From the NCBI RefSeq assembly GCF_009914755.1, contig NC_060939.1: 64,000 nucleotides of DNA. One strand, 5' to 3'. Below are positions 17,966 through 32,769 of this stretch, in pieces; the stretch's first letter is position 1; each line of letters opens with the position of its first letter. Made by a program: the position numbers and the translations under genes. This DNA is from the human T2T-CHM13v2.0 reference genome, Homo sapiens. Under the pieces are notes generated by a model that worked only from the letters and a program-made list of their open reading frames with translations, was not told where the DNA came from and searched no databases.

Positions 17966-18290
17966 CTTTCTTTCTTTCTGTCTGTCTGTCTGTCTGTCTG
18001 TCTTTCTTTTGAGACGGACTCTTGCTCTGTCGCCCAGGCTGGAGTGCAGTGGGCGATCTCAGATCACTGCAAGCTCTGCCTCCCAGGTTCACGCCATTCT
18101 CCTGCCTCAGCCTCCTGAGTAGCTGGGACTACAGGCGCCCGCCACCACGCCCGGCTAATTTTTTGTATTTTTAGTAGAGACGGGGTTTCACCATGTTAGC
18201 CAGGATGGTCTCGATCTCCTGACCTTGTGATCCACCCGCCTCGGTCTCCCAAAGTGCTGAGATTACAGGCGTGAGCCACCGCACCCGGCC
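17966..18290 (-). mobile_element. AluY with (TCTT)/(TCTG)n tail microsatellite
   Basis: AluY diagnostics; CpG-rich. Confidence 0.96.
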
Positions 18291-19239
18291 TACTTTCTAT
18301 TCAATGCAACATATCATAATTTTCTGTGCATAAAGGTGTGCCATTCCTGACTTAGAGCCACAAAACTAAGTTGATTTGCAGTGAAAAAGGCAGTGAGATT
18401 TCCAGGTACTGTTGTACACAGTTGCTTTGTCCTACCTCCCAAGTTTTTAGCATTTTATAATTGAACTGCGCATGTCATTTATTTGACTGTTATAATAACT
18501 TTTAAGGATAGAAAAATTACTGATCCTTTAAGAGGTTGAAACAAAACAAAAAATCTCCTCTACCGAAGAAATACGGGGAATCCAGGCATATATTTTGCAT
18601 GCAAATGACTTAATTACAATAGGAAAGTTGACATCCTTTTCATATAAGTCAAAAATAGTGGCAATTCAATTGCAAGCATCTCTGTAGTTTCCTATGTTTT
18701 ACTAAAGACAGTCTGTTATCATGGATCTGGGGTAATAAGAGTAATTCAGTATCATGATGTTAAACCCAATTCCATTTTAGGTTTTGGGCCCTACCTCTCA
18801 AGAAGTTTCATATATTTTTGAATTGAGTTTTTATCATCTTGAACAAAATTGGAAAAATTGAAGCAAATATGAAATGTGCTAATTATAGACATGTTAAGAA
18901 ATATGGCATATAATATTTACACGATTAGCAGAGATAAAAATACTATAATCCTCAATTTCTGTGAGGGTAGAGTAAAATTGATAGAGTAGGGTACATAGTC
19001 AAGAAGAATATAAATTGCTACAACCCTTTTGCAAGCAATTTCAAAATAGGTGGAAGAGCCTCCATATTTTTCTATCTTTCAAATCAATTATTTCTTTTCC
19101 TGGAAATTATTCTGAAGAAATGGTTAAATAAGTGAACTAATACAGATATGTTCATGAACGTTCCTAGGTAACTTTTTAAAAACATTTTGACAAAGCTAGA
19201 CATGATGTTCAATAACTGGGGAACAAAATTTAAATTTTA

Positions 19240-19318
19240 CTAAGTTGAACCACATCAAACTGACATTTTTTGTTGATTAAAAGATTAAATACTGGCAATT
19301 CCATATGGCTCAATCTAA
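19240..19318. mobile_element. MADE2 mariner MITE
   Basis: ~80 bp imperfect palindrome TAAGTTGAACCACAT...ATATGGCTCAATCTAA flanked by TA. Confidence 0.75.
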
Positions 19319-19637
19319 TAGGATAAACATACAATGGAATATTATGTGGCCTCTAAGTATCATTTATACAGACTACTTTTAGTACTGTGAGTAGGTGTTT
19401 ATAATTTAGTACAATATGGAGTACAAAATCATATTTTCAGCCTGCCTTCACATGCACACACACCCACATGCACACACACACCTTAGATGGCCTGCAGTTA
19501 TCTTTGAGTGGTGGGATTTTTTTTCCTTTTATATGTTCAACAACAGGATGGTATCACTTTTATAATCAGGAAAGGAGTTATAATTAAACAGAAACATAGT
19601 TATAAACTACCATTTTCCCAAACAAGGAACTGAGTAC

Positions 19638-19758
19638 CTGGCTTATCATCTTCAATCTCAAAGAACTTCCAAAGTTAACTAATTGTTGACTTTTTAGATC
19701 AAGTGCAAGAATAAAGAACTGAAACAAGTGTGATGTATGGAGAAATGTATTAGTATGT
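19638..19758 (-). other. Candidate internal exon (121 nt)
   Basis: Acceptor TTTTCCTCTTTTTCAG, donor CAG|GTACTC; one open frame ending in phase 0. Confidence 0.35.
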
Positions 19759-20282
19759 CTGAAAAAGAGGAAAATCACAGGTTTCCAGTGTTTTGAGGTC
19801 ACAAAACTTAAGCATTTCTACTTCAATCTGCCAAAGAGATAACCAACATTGAGGCAGAGAATGTCATCATGTACACTACAGATGGTCTGAAAACACACAA
19901 AGCTTGGGTCAGAGAATGAGGTTGCTGCAATACATATTCTAGAACTGCTTCTCAAGCTGATAAAATATATCTGGAGAGACCACCAGCCAAAGTTGTTTCT
20001 CTTATTTGATACTCAAAATGAATACACTGGAAACTTAGTACCCAACCTTAATTGATAAGAAAAATAAATGGTAGTGAGGAAAGAAGGCTGACTAAATAAA
20101 GAAAAAAGACACCCATTTGTGGGAAATACTCAGTTGCCAGCCTTCATTTGATTTCTCCACTTTTCTCCTCCCAGGTACTTTAAAAAGTCAAGGATCACAT
20201 CAATCTTAGGCGACTTATGTCTTTTGGTTCACATATTTCCTTTTTGTACATCACTTTTGCTCACCCAGGAAAGGCAAAGCCG

Positions 20283-20626
<344 letters not shown>

Positions 20627-22929
20627 AAGCCTAGTTGTTTATAGCATTTTGACATTGTGTATTTCTGGATCCAATGGCCATAATCACCATTCTGATCATT
20701 TTTAAATGCCATTTAGGCATTTAGGTGTGTTTCTAGGAAACTTTATAAAATATTTTAATTATCCAATTAAGATTTCTAAAACTTTTATGTAGGCAGACAA
20801 AGCTGCCAAAAAGATTTTCAAAATAAATCCTCTATTTTTCAGTTGGAAACTTAAATATTTTTGAACCCTAGAATGCTGGAAGTTTAGAAGAGATTCTAAA
20901 TAATGCTGAGTTTACAGTCTGAGAAAAAGTATCAACTTAATTTCTTTAGGAGCTACCATCACTGACTTTTTGGCACATCGAGAGCTAATAGCAAAGGTTG
21001 TTTCTTGAAAGGAGATTTTTCACGTTGGTGCAGCCTTAGAGAAAAATAATATTTATTTTCAATTTACTTGGCTTAAGGTTTCCTTCCTTTACTTTCAGCC
21101 TTTAAACACACCAGCACAATTTTCTCCTCCTGCAATGGGGGCTGGAGCATGTGAGGACAAAGTGTTTGTGTTGGACTTAAATATGGCCTCTTTGCTTAGT
21201 AGGTTAGAAAATTGTCATAACAAGTCCAAAGTCAGAGGTTTAATTCGTACATGGAGCTTCAATCTTCTTGACTTTGAAGAAGACCCCAAAGGAAGTAAAA
21301 ATTGCACAAATAAAATTTGAGTAGAGAAGGAAACTTTGCAAGTCCAAATTAAGGATGTTGCTTTGAGTGTGACTTGGTGACAGGTAACAGAAAGACCCAC
21401 GTGGGCCAAAGGATAGCACAATTATGCCTTGCAGGGCATCGGGAAAGGAGGGTGGACCACCAAGGCAAGGGAGAAACACTGTACAGACTGCATGATTTTT
21501 GTCTAAGGTCATTGCTGTGGCCAGATCACAACAAACCCATTCCAGTTACTAAGGAAACAACTCAGAGGGTGGCAGGGCAGGGGTACCAGCTTGGGATCTT
21601 GTATTTATCTGTCATAGATTGTTGGGTAGGAAAACCAGAAATTGAACTCTCAAATATGTACCCCAGATTACAGCTATAATTTGGGGGAGAAAATAGTGTA
21701 GAATAAGGCCTCTGGGGTTACAATCACAATACAGTATCTGTGCATCCCTTTTTTCAGGAATGCCGTGTACAGTACAAAGCAGCTGTGGTGACACTTTATC
21801 TAGGCACTTTATCCATCCCTGGTCTATGAGGACCAATTACGCAGGTGTTAAATCTTGTCAAGAGAGCACATTTTCTGCAATACTTAAATTAAAAACAAAA
21901 CAAAAACCTCCTCCTATGATCATTGCACAATCCTTTTCAATAGCCTTAATAACGCTTATCTGATGAAGGTGGGAGTGGGGATAATCAAGAGAGGCAAAAG
22001 GGAGGCACCTTCTGGGGGACTGTTCCACCCTTCCCTGGTGTCTGACTCTAGGAGTTGACCATATACCTGGAAGCATGTGGGGTCGCCACTGTCTGAATTA
22101 CTTCCGAGTCTTCAAGCACCAATTTCTGACTCAGTGATTCGCCAAGCCTGATTTTGACTCCCAGGATGTAGAGCTCCCACTTGAACCCAGCCCTAGATTA
22201 TACTTCCCTGAGTGGTTCAGCTGGACACTAGGCTTATCCCTAACATGTCACAGAACTTTCTACTACAGAGGAATGCTTAGGCCTGCAAGGGTTGAGACTG
22301 TGGCCTAAACTAAATTAGTTCCTGATGTTACCAGTACCCATACCTCCTCTCCTTCGTCACCATGGCCCTTTGGCTATTTACAGGGCTGTTCAGGGAAAAT
22401 AAGGGTAGTAATAAAATCATGCCTGCTAGGCTATGCATATCCCTTCTTTAAGAGAGTACATTTGGTTAGTACATAAATAAAAATTAATACTTTCTCCAAT
22501 GGCTATTCATAATCCCCGACCACCCTAACTGCTCACACCTCATGATGGGGTGCAGGGGTGGGGCAAGGGAGACAGAGGTGTGCCTGTCTGAGGAAACCTG
22601 CCGCCTATATGGAATTGCTTCTCCTTGGACATTTTTAATAAGATTACTTTGGTCTGGGGGGCTCTTGGCATCCTGTGACACAAAGCAGGAATTCAAGAAC
22701 CCAGTGGTATATACGTGCTTCCTTGATAGTTTGATGTCAAGGAAACTGCCTTTGCAGCCCGTCTGTCTAAAAGATAGATAAACACCAACAATTTTATACA
22801 TCTGACACATTACCTAGATGAAAACAAAGCATTTTACGTCAAAAGGGTGCATAGGTTATCACTGGAAATACCTAATTCATATATTCAGAGAGTAGAATAG
22901 TGGTTACCAGGGGTTACATTCTATCCTTA

Positions 22930-23033
22930 GCTGGGAGGATGGTTTGAGCCCAGGAGATCAAGGCTGCAGTGAGCTGTGATTGTGCCACTGTCTCCAGCCT
23001 GGATGACAGAATGAGACCCTTTCTCAAAAAAAA
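22930..23033 (+). mobile_element. AluJ/FRAM right-arm fragment
   Basis: GGGAGGATGGTTTGAGCCCAGGAGATCAAGGCTGCAGTGAGCTGTGATT...CTCAAAAAA. Confidence 0.9.
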
Positions 23034-23767
23034 TAGTGTTCCTTTAAGTTAACTTCTTTTTATATGGCCGTGATTGTATAATACTATAAAATATATTTGA
23101 ATTTGCTTTATATGATGCCTTTCTGAATATAATAATTGCAAAGGGAATTTACATATGACATTTTGAACTAATTATATATGATTTAACTTGGGAAATATAG
23201 TCTTTGTCTTACATCTTTGTCTTACAGAAATTATATCTATCTCATCATGTCATGATAGAGATCACACTTAACATGGACTCTGAAGAGCTATCTGAATTTG
23301 TTCATTTTTGCCATAGTTGTATAGGAGAATACAATTAATTGCGCAAGGAAAGTACCCCAGAGCAGACTAAGGCCAAAAGTATATTAAAGTGCACCATATA
23401 CATAGTGTGTTTCTCCCGAGTCCTCATCAATTTGGAGAGGGTTAATTGTGAGTTGCTCACAGTGTGAGTTCATTCTCTTAAGAATGGTGCAAGACTTGCT
23501 CAGTGCACTAGCTGAAAGAAACAATTTTTTTCTCCCCTTCTCTCATTCTCTCAAAATGTGTGTGTGTGTGTACGCTTGGTCTCTAGCTATTGGTATTGGA
23601 AAGTGTTGTTCACCTACTTCCAGAGAAATGTTATTTTAAAGTAGCAGCTAAATATGTAAATTAATTCAGTAGGATTTCCTCTGGAAAGCCAATTAGAAAT
23701 GGTTTGAAGAAATTCACCTAGATGTAAAGTAATGTTTTATTTTGGTTTCTTTGTTTTCCACCCCTAG

Positions 23768-23934
23768 AGAGTAACACAGTAGATACTTTGGAGTGTCTTG
23801 GTAGAGATGCAATATGGGCTGGAGCCCAAAAGCCAGAGAAAGCAGTCCTGACACCCATAGATTTAAATCAAGCCATCACTATAAATCAGAAAACACAGAT
23901 AAACAAAATTGTTTTAGAAGGGTATTTACCCAAG
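23768..23934 (+). other. Candidate internal exon (167 nt)
   Basis: Long polypyrimidine acceptor TTTGGTTTCTTTGTTTTCCACCCCTAG, donor AAG|GTAATA; 55 open codons (SNTVDTLECLGRDAIWAGAQKPEKAVLTPIDLNQAITINQKTQINKIVLEGYLPK). Confidence 0.4.
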
Positions 23935-25650
23935 GTAATATAGACTTGTACATATATCTTCTGTGAATGTCTCCAAGTATATGTTAGCTGAAAAATACAA
24001 ATTTTACCAGGAATTTGTAGAATTATTTCCATAACTGGCACCAAGGAATTTAAGCATCAGATTGATAACCTAGCTATATATACTTCCATCTCTGCAACTC
24101 CATATTCTGCGAAACTTTCTAAAAAAACAAAAAGGTATTTTTTTAAGCTTATATTTGTTTTGCAATTTTGAAAACACCATTTTAGGGCAAAAGACTGCTT
24201 GATTCAATCTAGATAAGCAAATACTCTAATTTATATAATTACCTACTCAGTATAATATTTCTTGTCCTATTTGTCCTCATCATTTTGAAAGAATGGAAGC
24301 CAGCATTTAAAAGCCAATGAAAACACCAGAAATCAATGGAGTCATTCAGAAAGAACTTCTGGTCACTTCTAAAGGTGCAGCATTTTAAAAAAATTTAGTC
24401 TGCCTGTTACAAGCAATTTACAACTTTCTTATTCTTCCTTATTTATGTAGACTCACAGCTTCTGACTAACCAACTCTTTTTTTTAAAAAAAAAAAAAAAA
24501 AAAGCAAGAGCATATTAAATTAATGGACAGTTTAAATAAAAATATAGCTTCACAGTATATACTTAACTGAACAGAGGTGATATGGCTAGTTTAAGAATAA
24601 AACATTTGTTTAGCAATTAAAGGTTTTCTTTTCTACTGTATTAATAGTTTATATCTTTTTCAATAAAAACAATTAAGATTTAATATTTCTATTTTGTGCA
24701 CATCTATATGTGATACATATAAACATTTAATCCATTAAAATAAGTTTGCTAAATTACCTAATACTATTAATATCAAGGTGTAGATCTTAGATCTCCTCTC
24801 CAAGGTCTAACACATGCACTCTTCCTGATAAAATGAAAAATAAGCTCAAATAAAAAGATCAACTACCTTTACTCACATGATACCTATTTTAATAAAACCC
24901 AATCATAAATATCTTTTCTAAATCTTGCAAAAGTTAAGAATTAGACAGTGATTAGTTGCACTTGCACCATGGGCTTGTCGATTAAGGTAGTGGATTCAGG
25001 CTTCCTGATGGAAACATCTCACCCTAATCCTCCCCAAACCAAACCTAAAGACACAATTCAAAACAAAGTGTCCACAAATTTTTTTTGCAGTTTTCATGTA
25101 ATCTACTTCCATAACTAAAACACTGCTGGCTAACAACAACAGCAACAAAAAGCAACAAGAAAATTCTCATGGGGAGCAGAGTGCTATTAGCAGAGTGAAG
25201 CCCTTATGGCTAGAAGCAGAAACAAATAAAAACAACAACCTTAGAATTCCAAGACCCCAAATACGAGGGGAAAATCCAATGAATAAGTTTATCTTTTCCT
25301 TCTTCTAACTGGACCCAGTGAAAATAGCTACTGGGTGAAAATACATGAAATGGAGTAAGTGGATGAAAAGATGATGCTTTCTGATGCACAAGAAGAATCC
25401 AGAGATAAATACTGACCCAGACTAGATATTTCTACTTGGCATTATCTATCTGTCCACCCACCCACCCACCTACCAACCCATAGCTATCTAAATTATTTAA
25501 TATGTATTTATATATTTTTACATATTAGTCTTTCTTACATATTTAATATAATTTATAATACATGTACAATATTACTACTTGATATATTACACTGTATATC
25601 ATACCTTATATGGTATACCTTGTCTGTTTATATATATGTATATGCAAAGA

Positions 25651-25745
25651 ATCTAGGGAGCCTCCTATTACCATATTCAGAAATCTATTCTGTGCCATAG
25701 TTACATCCACTGTCAGCCTATTTCTTACTGTGCATCAATCCTATG
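25651..25745. repeat. Left arm of ~95 bp inverted duplication (partner 35650-35685 + 36161-36220)
   Basis: Manual reverse-complement alignment gives about 13 differences in ~96 nt. Confidence 0.9.
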
Positions 25746-25850
25746 GGTCTATTTTTTTTTCATGTATTTATCTAAACATTTTGTGGTCTTAGGATCCTCT
25801 GTATATCGTCCCCCCCCACACACATACAAGGAATTATATATAATAAAACA

Positions 25851-27260
25851 GAGGCATACCTTGGAGACATTGTGGGTTTGGTTTCAGACCACTGCAATAA
25901 AGCAAATACTGCAATTAAAGGAATCACATGAAGTTTTTGGTTTCCCAGTGCATATAAAGGTTATGGTTACACTATGCAGTAGTCTATTGCTAAAAATTGC
26001 TAACAATCATTTGAGCCTTCAGCAAGCTGCAATCTTTTTGCTGGTCAAGTGTCTTGCTTTGATGTTGAGAACTGCTGACTGATCAGAGCGGTGACTGCTG
26101 AAGGTTGGGGTGTCTGTGGTAATTTCTTAAAGTAAGACAATAATGTTTGCCACATTGATTGACTCTTTCTTTCATGAACCATTTCTCTGTAGCATACAAT
26201 ACTGTTTGATAGTGTACCATCCATAGTAGAACTTCTTTCAAAATCAGAGCCAATTTCCTCAATCCTTGCCACTGCTTTATCAATTATGTTAATGGAATAT
26301 TCTAAATCCTTTGTTATCATTTCAATAATGTTCACAGCATCTTCACCAGGAGTATATTCTATCTCAAGAAACCACTTTCTTTGCTCATCCATAAGAAGCA
26401 ACTCCTCATCTGTTTAAGTTTTATCATGAGATCATGGCAATTCAGTCATATCTTCAGGCTTCACTTGTAATTATAGTTGTCTTGCTATTTCCACGACGTC
26501 TGCAGTTACTTCCTCCACTGAAGTCGTGAGTCTCTCAAAGTCATCTGAGTGTTGGAATCAGCTTCCTCCAAACTCCTGTTAATGTTGATATTTTGACCTC
26601 CTCTGATGGATCTCGAGTGTTCATAATAACATCGAGAATGATGAAGCCCTTCCAGAAGGTTTTCAATTTACTTTGCCCAGATCCATCAGATGAATCACTA
26701 TCTGTGACGGTATGAAATGTATTTCTTAAATAATAAAACTTGAAAGTCCAAACTACTCCTTGATTCATGGGCTGCAGAATGGATGTTGTGTTAGCAGTCA
26801 TGAAAACAGTGTTAATCTTCTTGAATATTTCCATCAGAGCTCTTGGGTAACCAGGTGCATTGTTAATGGGCAATAATATTTTGAAAGGAACAGTCCCAAC
26901 AGTGAGCTTAAAATATTCAGTAAATCCTACTGTAAGCAGATGTTCTATCCATAGAGCACAGACAGAGTAGGTTTGACATATATCTTAAGGGTCCTAGGAT
27001 TTTCAGAATGGCAAATGAGCATTGACTTCAGCTGAAAGTCACCTAACAGGAGAGTCAATCTGTCCTTTGAAGCTTTGAAGCTTGGCATTGATTTCTCTCT
27101 AGCTATGAAATCCTAGCTATGAAATCTTCTTCCAAAATAAGGCTGTTTTATCTACATTAAAATTTTGTTACTTAGTGTAGTCACCTTTTAATTTTCTAGC
27201 TAGATCTGGCTAACTTGCTGCACCTTCTACATCAGTACTTGCTACTTCACCTTGCACATT
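25851..27260 (-). mobile_element. Tigger1 DNA transposon, 3' part (decayed transposase)
   Basis: TIR AGGCATACC; ORFs 26541-26873 (NAPGYPRALME...ANTTSILQPMNQGV) and 26045-26401 match the Tigger1 DDE transposase. Confidence 0.95.
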
Positions 27261-27621
27261 TCCCACATTTTAGGTTCAGGGGGTACATGTGCAGGTTAGT
27301 TACATGGTAAATTGCATGTTGTGGGAGTTTGGTGTGCAAATCATTTTGTCACCCAAGTAATGCGCCTACCCAACAGGTAGGTTATTGATCCTCACTCTCC
27401 TGCCATTCTCCACCCTCAAGTAGGCCCCAGTGTCCATTATTGCCTTCTTTGTGTCCATGTGTACTCAATGTTTAGCTCCCACTTATAAGAGAGAATATGT
27501 GGTATTTGGTTTTCTGTTACTTCATTAATTTGCTTAGGACAATGGCCTCCAGTTCTATCCATGTTGCTGCGAAGGACATGATGTCATTCTTTTTTATGGC
27601 CGTGTCGTCCATAGTGACTGA

Positions 27622-27992
<371 letters not shown>

Positions 27993-28168
27993 TCAGTTTC
28001 TGTTATTTTTTGAATTTTTAATAATAGCCATTCTTACTGGTGTGAGACGGTATTTCATTGTGGTTTTGATTTGCATTCCTCTAATGTTTAGTAATGTTGA
28101 GAATTGTTTCATCTGTTTGTTGGCTATGTGTATGTCTTTTGAGAAATGTCTACTTATGTCCTTTGCCT

Positions 28169-28562
<394 letters not shown>

Positions 28563-31500
28563 TGAAGGCATAGTTTGCAAATATTTTCTACCATTCTGTA
28601 GGTTGTCTCTTTACTCTGTTGCTTTGAAGAAGCCCTTTAGTTTAGTTAGATCCCATTTGTCAATTTTTATTTTTGTTGCATTTGCTTTTGGAGCCTTTGT
28701 CATGAAATTTTTGTCAGGGCTTATGTCCAGAATGGTATTTCCTAGGTTTTCTTCGAGGGTTTTATGGTTTCAGTTTTTACATGTAAGTCTTTAATTCATC
28801 TTCAGTTGATTTTTGTGCATAGTAGAATGAGGTGTCCAGTTTTCAATTTTCAAACATATGTCTAGCCAGTTATTCCAGCACCTTTTATTGAATAGGGTGT
28901 CCTTTCCCCATTGCTTTTTTGTCAACTTTGTCAAAGATCAAATATCTGTAGGTGTGCACTTTATTTATGGGTTCTCTAATCTGTTCCATTGGTCTGTGTT
29001 TTTGTATCAGTACCATGCTGTTTTGGTTACTGTAGCCTTGTAGCATGGTTTGAAGTTGGGTAATGATGCTTCCAGCTCTGCTCTTTTTGCTTAGAATTGT
29101 TTCGGCTATTCAGGCTCTTTTTTGGTTCCATATACATTTTAAAATAGTTTTTAAAAAATTCTGTGAAAAATGTCATTGGTAGTTTGATAGGAATAGCATT
29201 GAATCTGTAAATTGCTCTGGGAAGTATGGCTACTTTAACAATATTGATTCTCCCTGTCCATGACTGAAATGTTTTTCCATTTGTTTGTGTCACCTCTGAT
29301 TTCTTTGAGCAGTATTTTGTAATTCTCATTGTAAAGATCTTTCACCTTCCTTGTTAGCTGTATTCCTAGGTATTTTATTCTTTTGTGGCTATTGGGAATG
29401 GAACTGTGTTCTTGATCTGGCTCTCAGCTTGGATGTTGTTGGTGTCTAGAAATGCTACTGATTTTTGTACATTGATTTTGTGTCCTGAAATGTTGCTGAT
29501 GTTGTGTATCAGATCTAGGGGTCTTTGGGCAGTGACTAGGGGTTTTCTCAGTATAGAATCATATCTTTTGTGAAATTAGGAGTTTGATTTTTTCTCTTCT
29601 TATTTGGATGCCTTTTCTTTCTTTCTTTTGCCTCTTTGCTCTGGCTAGGACTTCCAGTGTTATGTTGGATAGGAATGGTGATGCTGGGCATATTTGTCTT
29701 GTTCTGGGTCAAGTCCAATGCTTTCAGTTTTTGCCCATTTAGTATGATCTTTGCTGTGGGTTTTTGATAGATGACTCTTTTTATTTTGAGATATGTTCCT
29801 TTGATGCCTAGTTTATTGAGGGTTTTTAACATGAAGAACGTTGAATCTTATTAAAACTATTTTCTGCAGCTGTTGAGATGATCATGTGATTTTTACTTTT
29901 AGTTCTATTTATATAATGAATCACATTTATTGGCTTGTATATGTTGAATCAAACTTGCATCCATGTAATAAAGCCTACTTGATCATGGTAGATTCGTTTT
30001 TTAGTTTTGTGATATGCTGCTGAATTTGGTTGGTAAGTATTTTGTTGAGGATTTTTGCATCTATTTTCATCAGCAATATGGGCCTGAAGTTTTTGGGTTC
30101 TGTCTCTGCCATGTTTTGGTATCAGAATTATACTGGCATCATAGAATGAGTTAAGGAGGAGTCTTCCCTCCTCAATTATTTGGAATACTTTCAGTAGCAT
30201 TAGTACCAGCTCTTCTTTATATATCTGGTAGAATTCAGCTGTGAATGTATCTGGTCCAGGGCTTTTTCTGGTTGCTAGATTTTTCATTTATTTATTACTG
30301 ATTCAATTTCAGAACTCATTATTGGTCTGGTCATGGTTTCAATTTCTTCCTGGTTCAATCTTAAGAGGTTGTGTGTTTCCAGGAATTTACTCATTTTTTT
30401 CTACGTTTTCTAGTTTGTGTTCATAGAGGTGTTTGATAGTCTCTGAGGGTTTCTTGTATTTCTGTGGGGTCAGTGGTAATGTTCTCTTTGTCACTTCTGA
30501 TTTTGTTTATTTGGATCTTCTCTCTTTATTAGTCAGCTACCAGTATATCAATCTTACTTATTCTTTAAAGAAGAAACTTTTGGTTTCATTGATCTTTTAT
30601 ATTATATTATCTGTCTCCATTTCATTCAGTTCTGCTCTAATTTTGGTTATTTCTTTTCTTCAGATAGCTTTGAGGTTGGTTTGCTCTTGTTTTTGTAGTT
30701 CCTCCAGGTGTGATGTTATATTGTTAATTTGATATCTTTCTAACTTTTTGATTTGGTCTTTTAGTGCTGTAAACCTTCTTAACATTGCTTTAGCTGTGTT
30801 CCGTAGATGCTGGTATGCTATATCTTTGTTTTTAGTAATTTCAAATAATTTCTTGATTTCTGCCTCGGTGTCACTATTTACCCCAAAGTCATTCAGGAGC
30901 AGATTGCTTACTTTCCATGGACTTCTATGGTTCTGAGAGATCTTCTTGATACTGATATGTATTTTTATTGTGCTGTGGTCTGAAGGTGTGATTGGTACGA
31001 TTTTGTTTTGTTTTTAATTTGTTGAGAATTGCTTTATGGCCAAGCATGTGGTTGATTTTTAGAGTATGTGCCATGTACACATGAGAAGAATGTATATCCT
31101 GTTATTTCTGGGTGAAGTGTTCTTTAAATGTCTGTTAGAGCCATTTCATCAAGGGTCAAGCTTTGGTCCTGAAAATGTTTGTTAGTTTTCTGCCTCAGTG
31201 ATCTAATACTGGCAGTGGGGTGTTGAAGTCTCCCACTATTATTGTATTGTTATCTAAGTCTCTCGGTGGGTCTCCAAGAACTTATTTTATGAATCTGGGT
31301 GCTCCAGTATTGGCTGCATATATATCAAGATAGTTAGGACTTATTATTGAAGTGAACCCTTTATGCAATTCCCTTCTTTGTACTTTTCTATCATTGTTGG
31401 TTTAAAGTCTGTTTTGTCTGAAATAAGAATAGCAACCAACCACTGCTCTTTTTTTGTTTCGGTTCGCCTGATAGATTTTTCTCCATCTCTTTACTTTGAT

Positions 31501-32460
31501 CCTATGAGTGTCATTGCATGTGAGAAGGGTCTCTTAAAGACAGCATGCATTTGGATCTTGCTTCGTTATCCCACTTACCATTCTGTGCCTTTTAAGTGAT
31601 GGTGTTTAGCTCATTTACATTCATGGTTAATATTGATATGTGCCAATTTGATCCCATCATCATATTGTTAGTTGGTTCTTATGTAGACTTGATTGTGTAG
31701 CAGTTTCTTAGGGTCAATGGTCTATGTACTCAAGTGTGTTTTTGTGGTGGCTGGGTAACAGTGTCCCATTTCCATGTTTAGCACTCCTTTAAGGAACTCT
31801 TAAAGGTAGATCTGGTGTTAACCAATTCCCTTAGCATTTGCTTATCTGAAAAGGATTTCATTTCTCTGCCTTACAAGCTTAGTTTGACTTGATATGAAAT
31901 TCTTGGTATAATTTCTTTTGTTTAAGGTTGTTGAATATAGGCCTGCATTTCTTCTGGTTTGTAGGGTTTCTGCTGAAAGATCCACTGTTAAACTGATGGG
32001 GTTCTCTTTGTATGTGACCTGCTTCTTCTCTCTAGCTGCCTTTAATCTTTTTTCTTTTACTTTAACCTTGGAGAATCTGATGATTGTGTGTGTTGAGGAT
32101 GGCCATCTTGCGTAGTATCTCGCAAGGGTTCTCTGAATTTTTTGAGTTTGAATGTTGATTTCTCTAGCAAGGTTGGGGAAATTTTTGTGGACAGTATTCT
32201 GAAATATGTTTTCCAGTTGCTTGTTCTCTTTCTCTTTCAGAGATGTCAGTGAGTCATAGGTTTGGTCTCCTTATACAATCTCATATTTCTTGGAGGTTTT
32301 GTTCATTTTTCTTTATTTTTGTCTGAGTTGATTTGAAGAACTGGTCTTTGAGTTCTGAGATTCTTTCCTCAGCTTTGTCTATTCTGCTGTCAATACTTTG
32401 GATTGTAGTATGTAATTTTTGTAGTTTTTCAGGTCTTTTAGATCAATTTGGTTCTTTCTT

Positions 32461-32769
32461 TCTTCATTTCTTTTCTTTCTTACCTTTCTTTCTTTCTTTG
32501 ACAGAGTCTCACAATGTTGCCAGGCTGGAGTGCAGTGGCGCAATCTCGGCTCACCTCTGCCTCCAGGGTTCAAGCGATTCTCATGCATCAGCCTCCCAAG
32601 TAGCTGAGATTACAGGCATGCACCACCACACCCAGCTATTTTTTATATTTTTAGTAGAGACGGGGTTTCACCACATTGGCCAGGATGGTCTCGATCTCCT
32701 GACCTCAAGTTCGCCTGCCTCGGCCTCCCAAAGTGCTGAGATTACAGGTGTAAGCCACGGAGCCCAGCC
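32461..32769 (-). mobile_element. AluS (AluSc-like)
   Basis: GGCCAGGATGGTCTCGATCTCC; TSD TGGTTCTTTCTT at 32449 and 32770. Confidence 0.93.
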
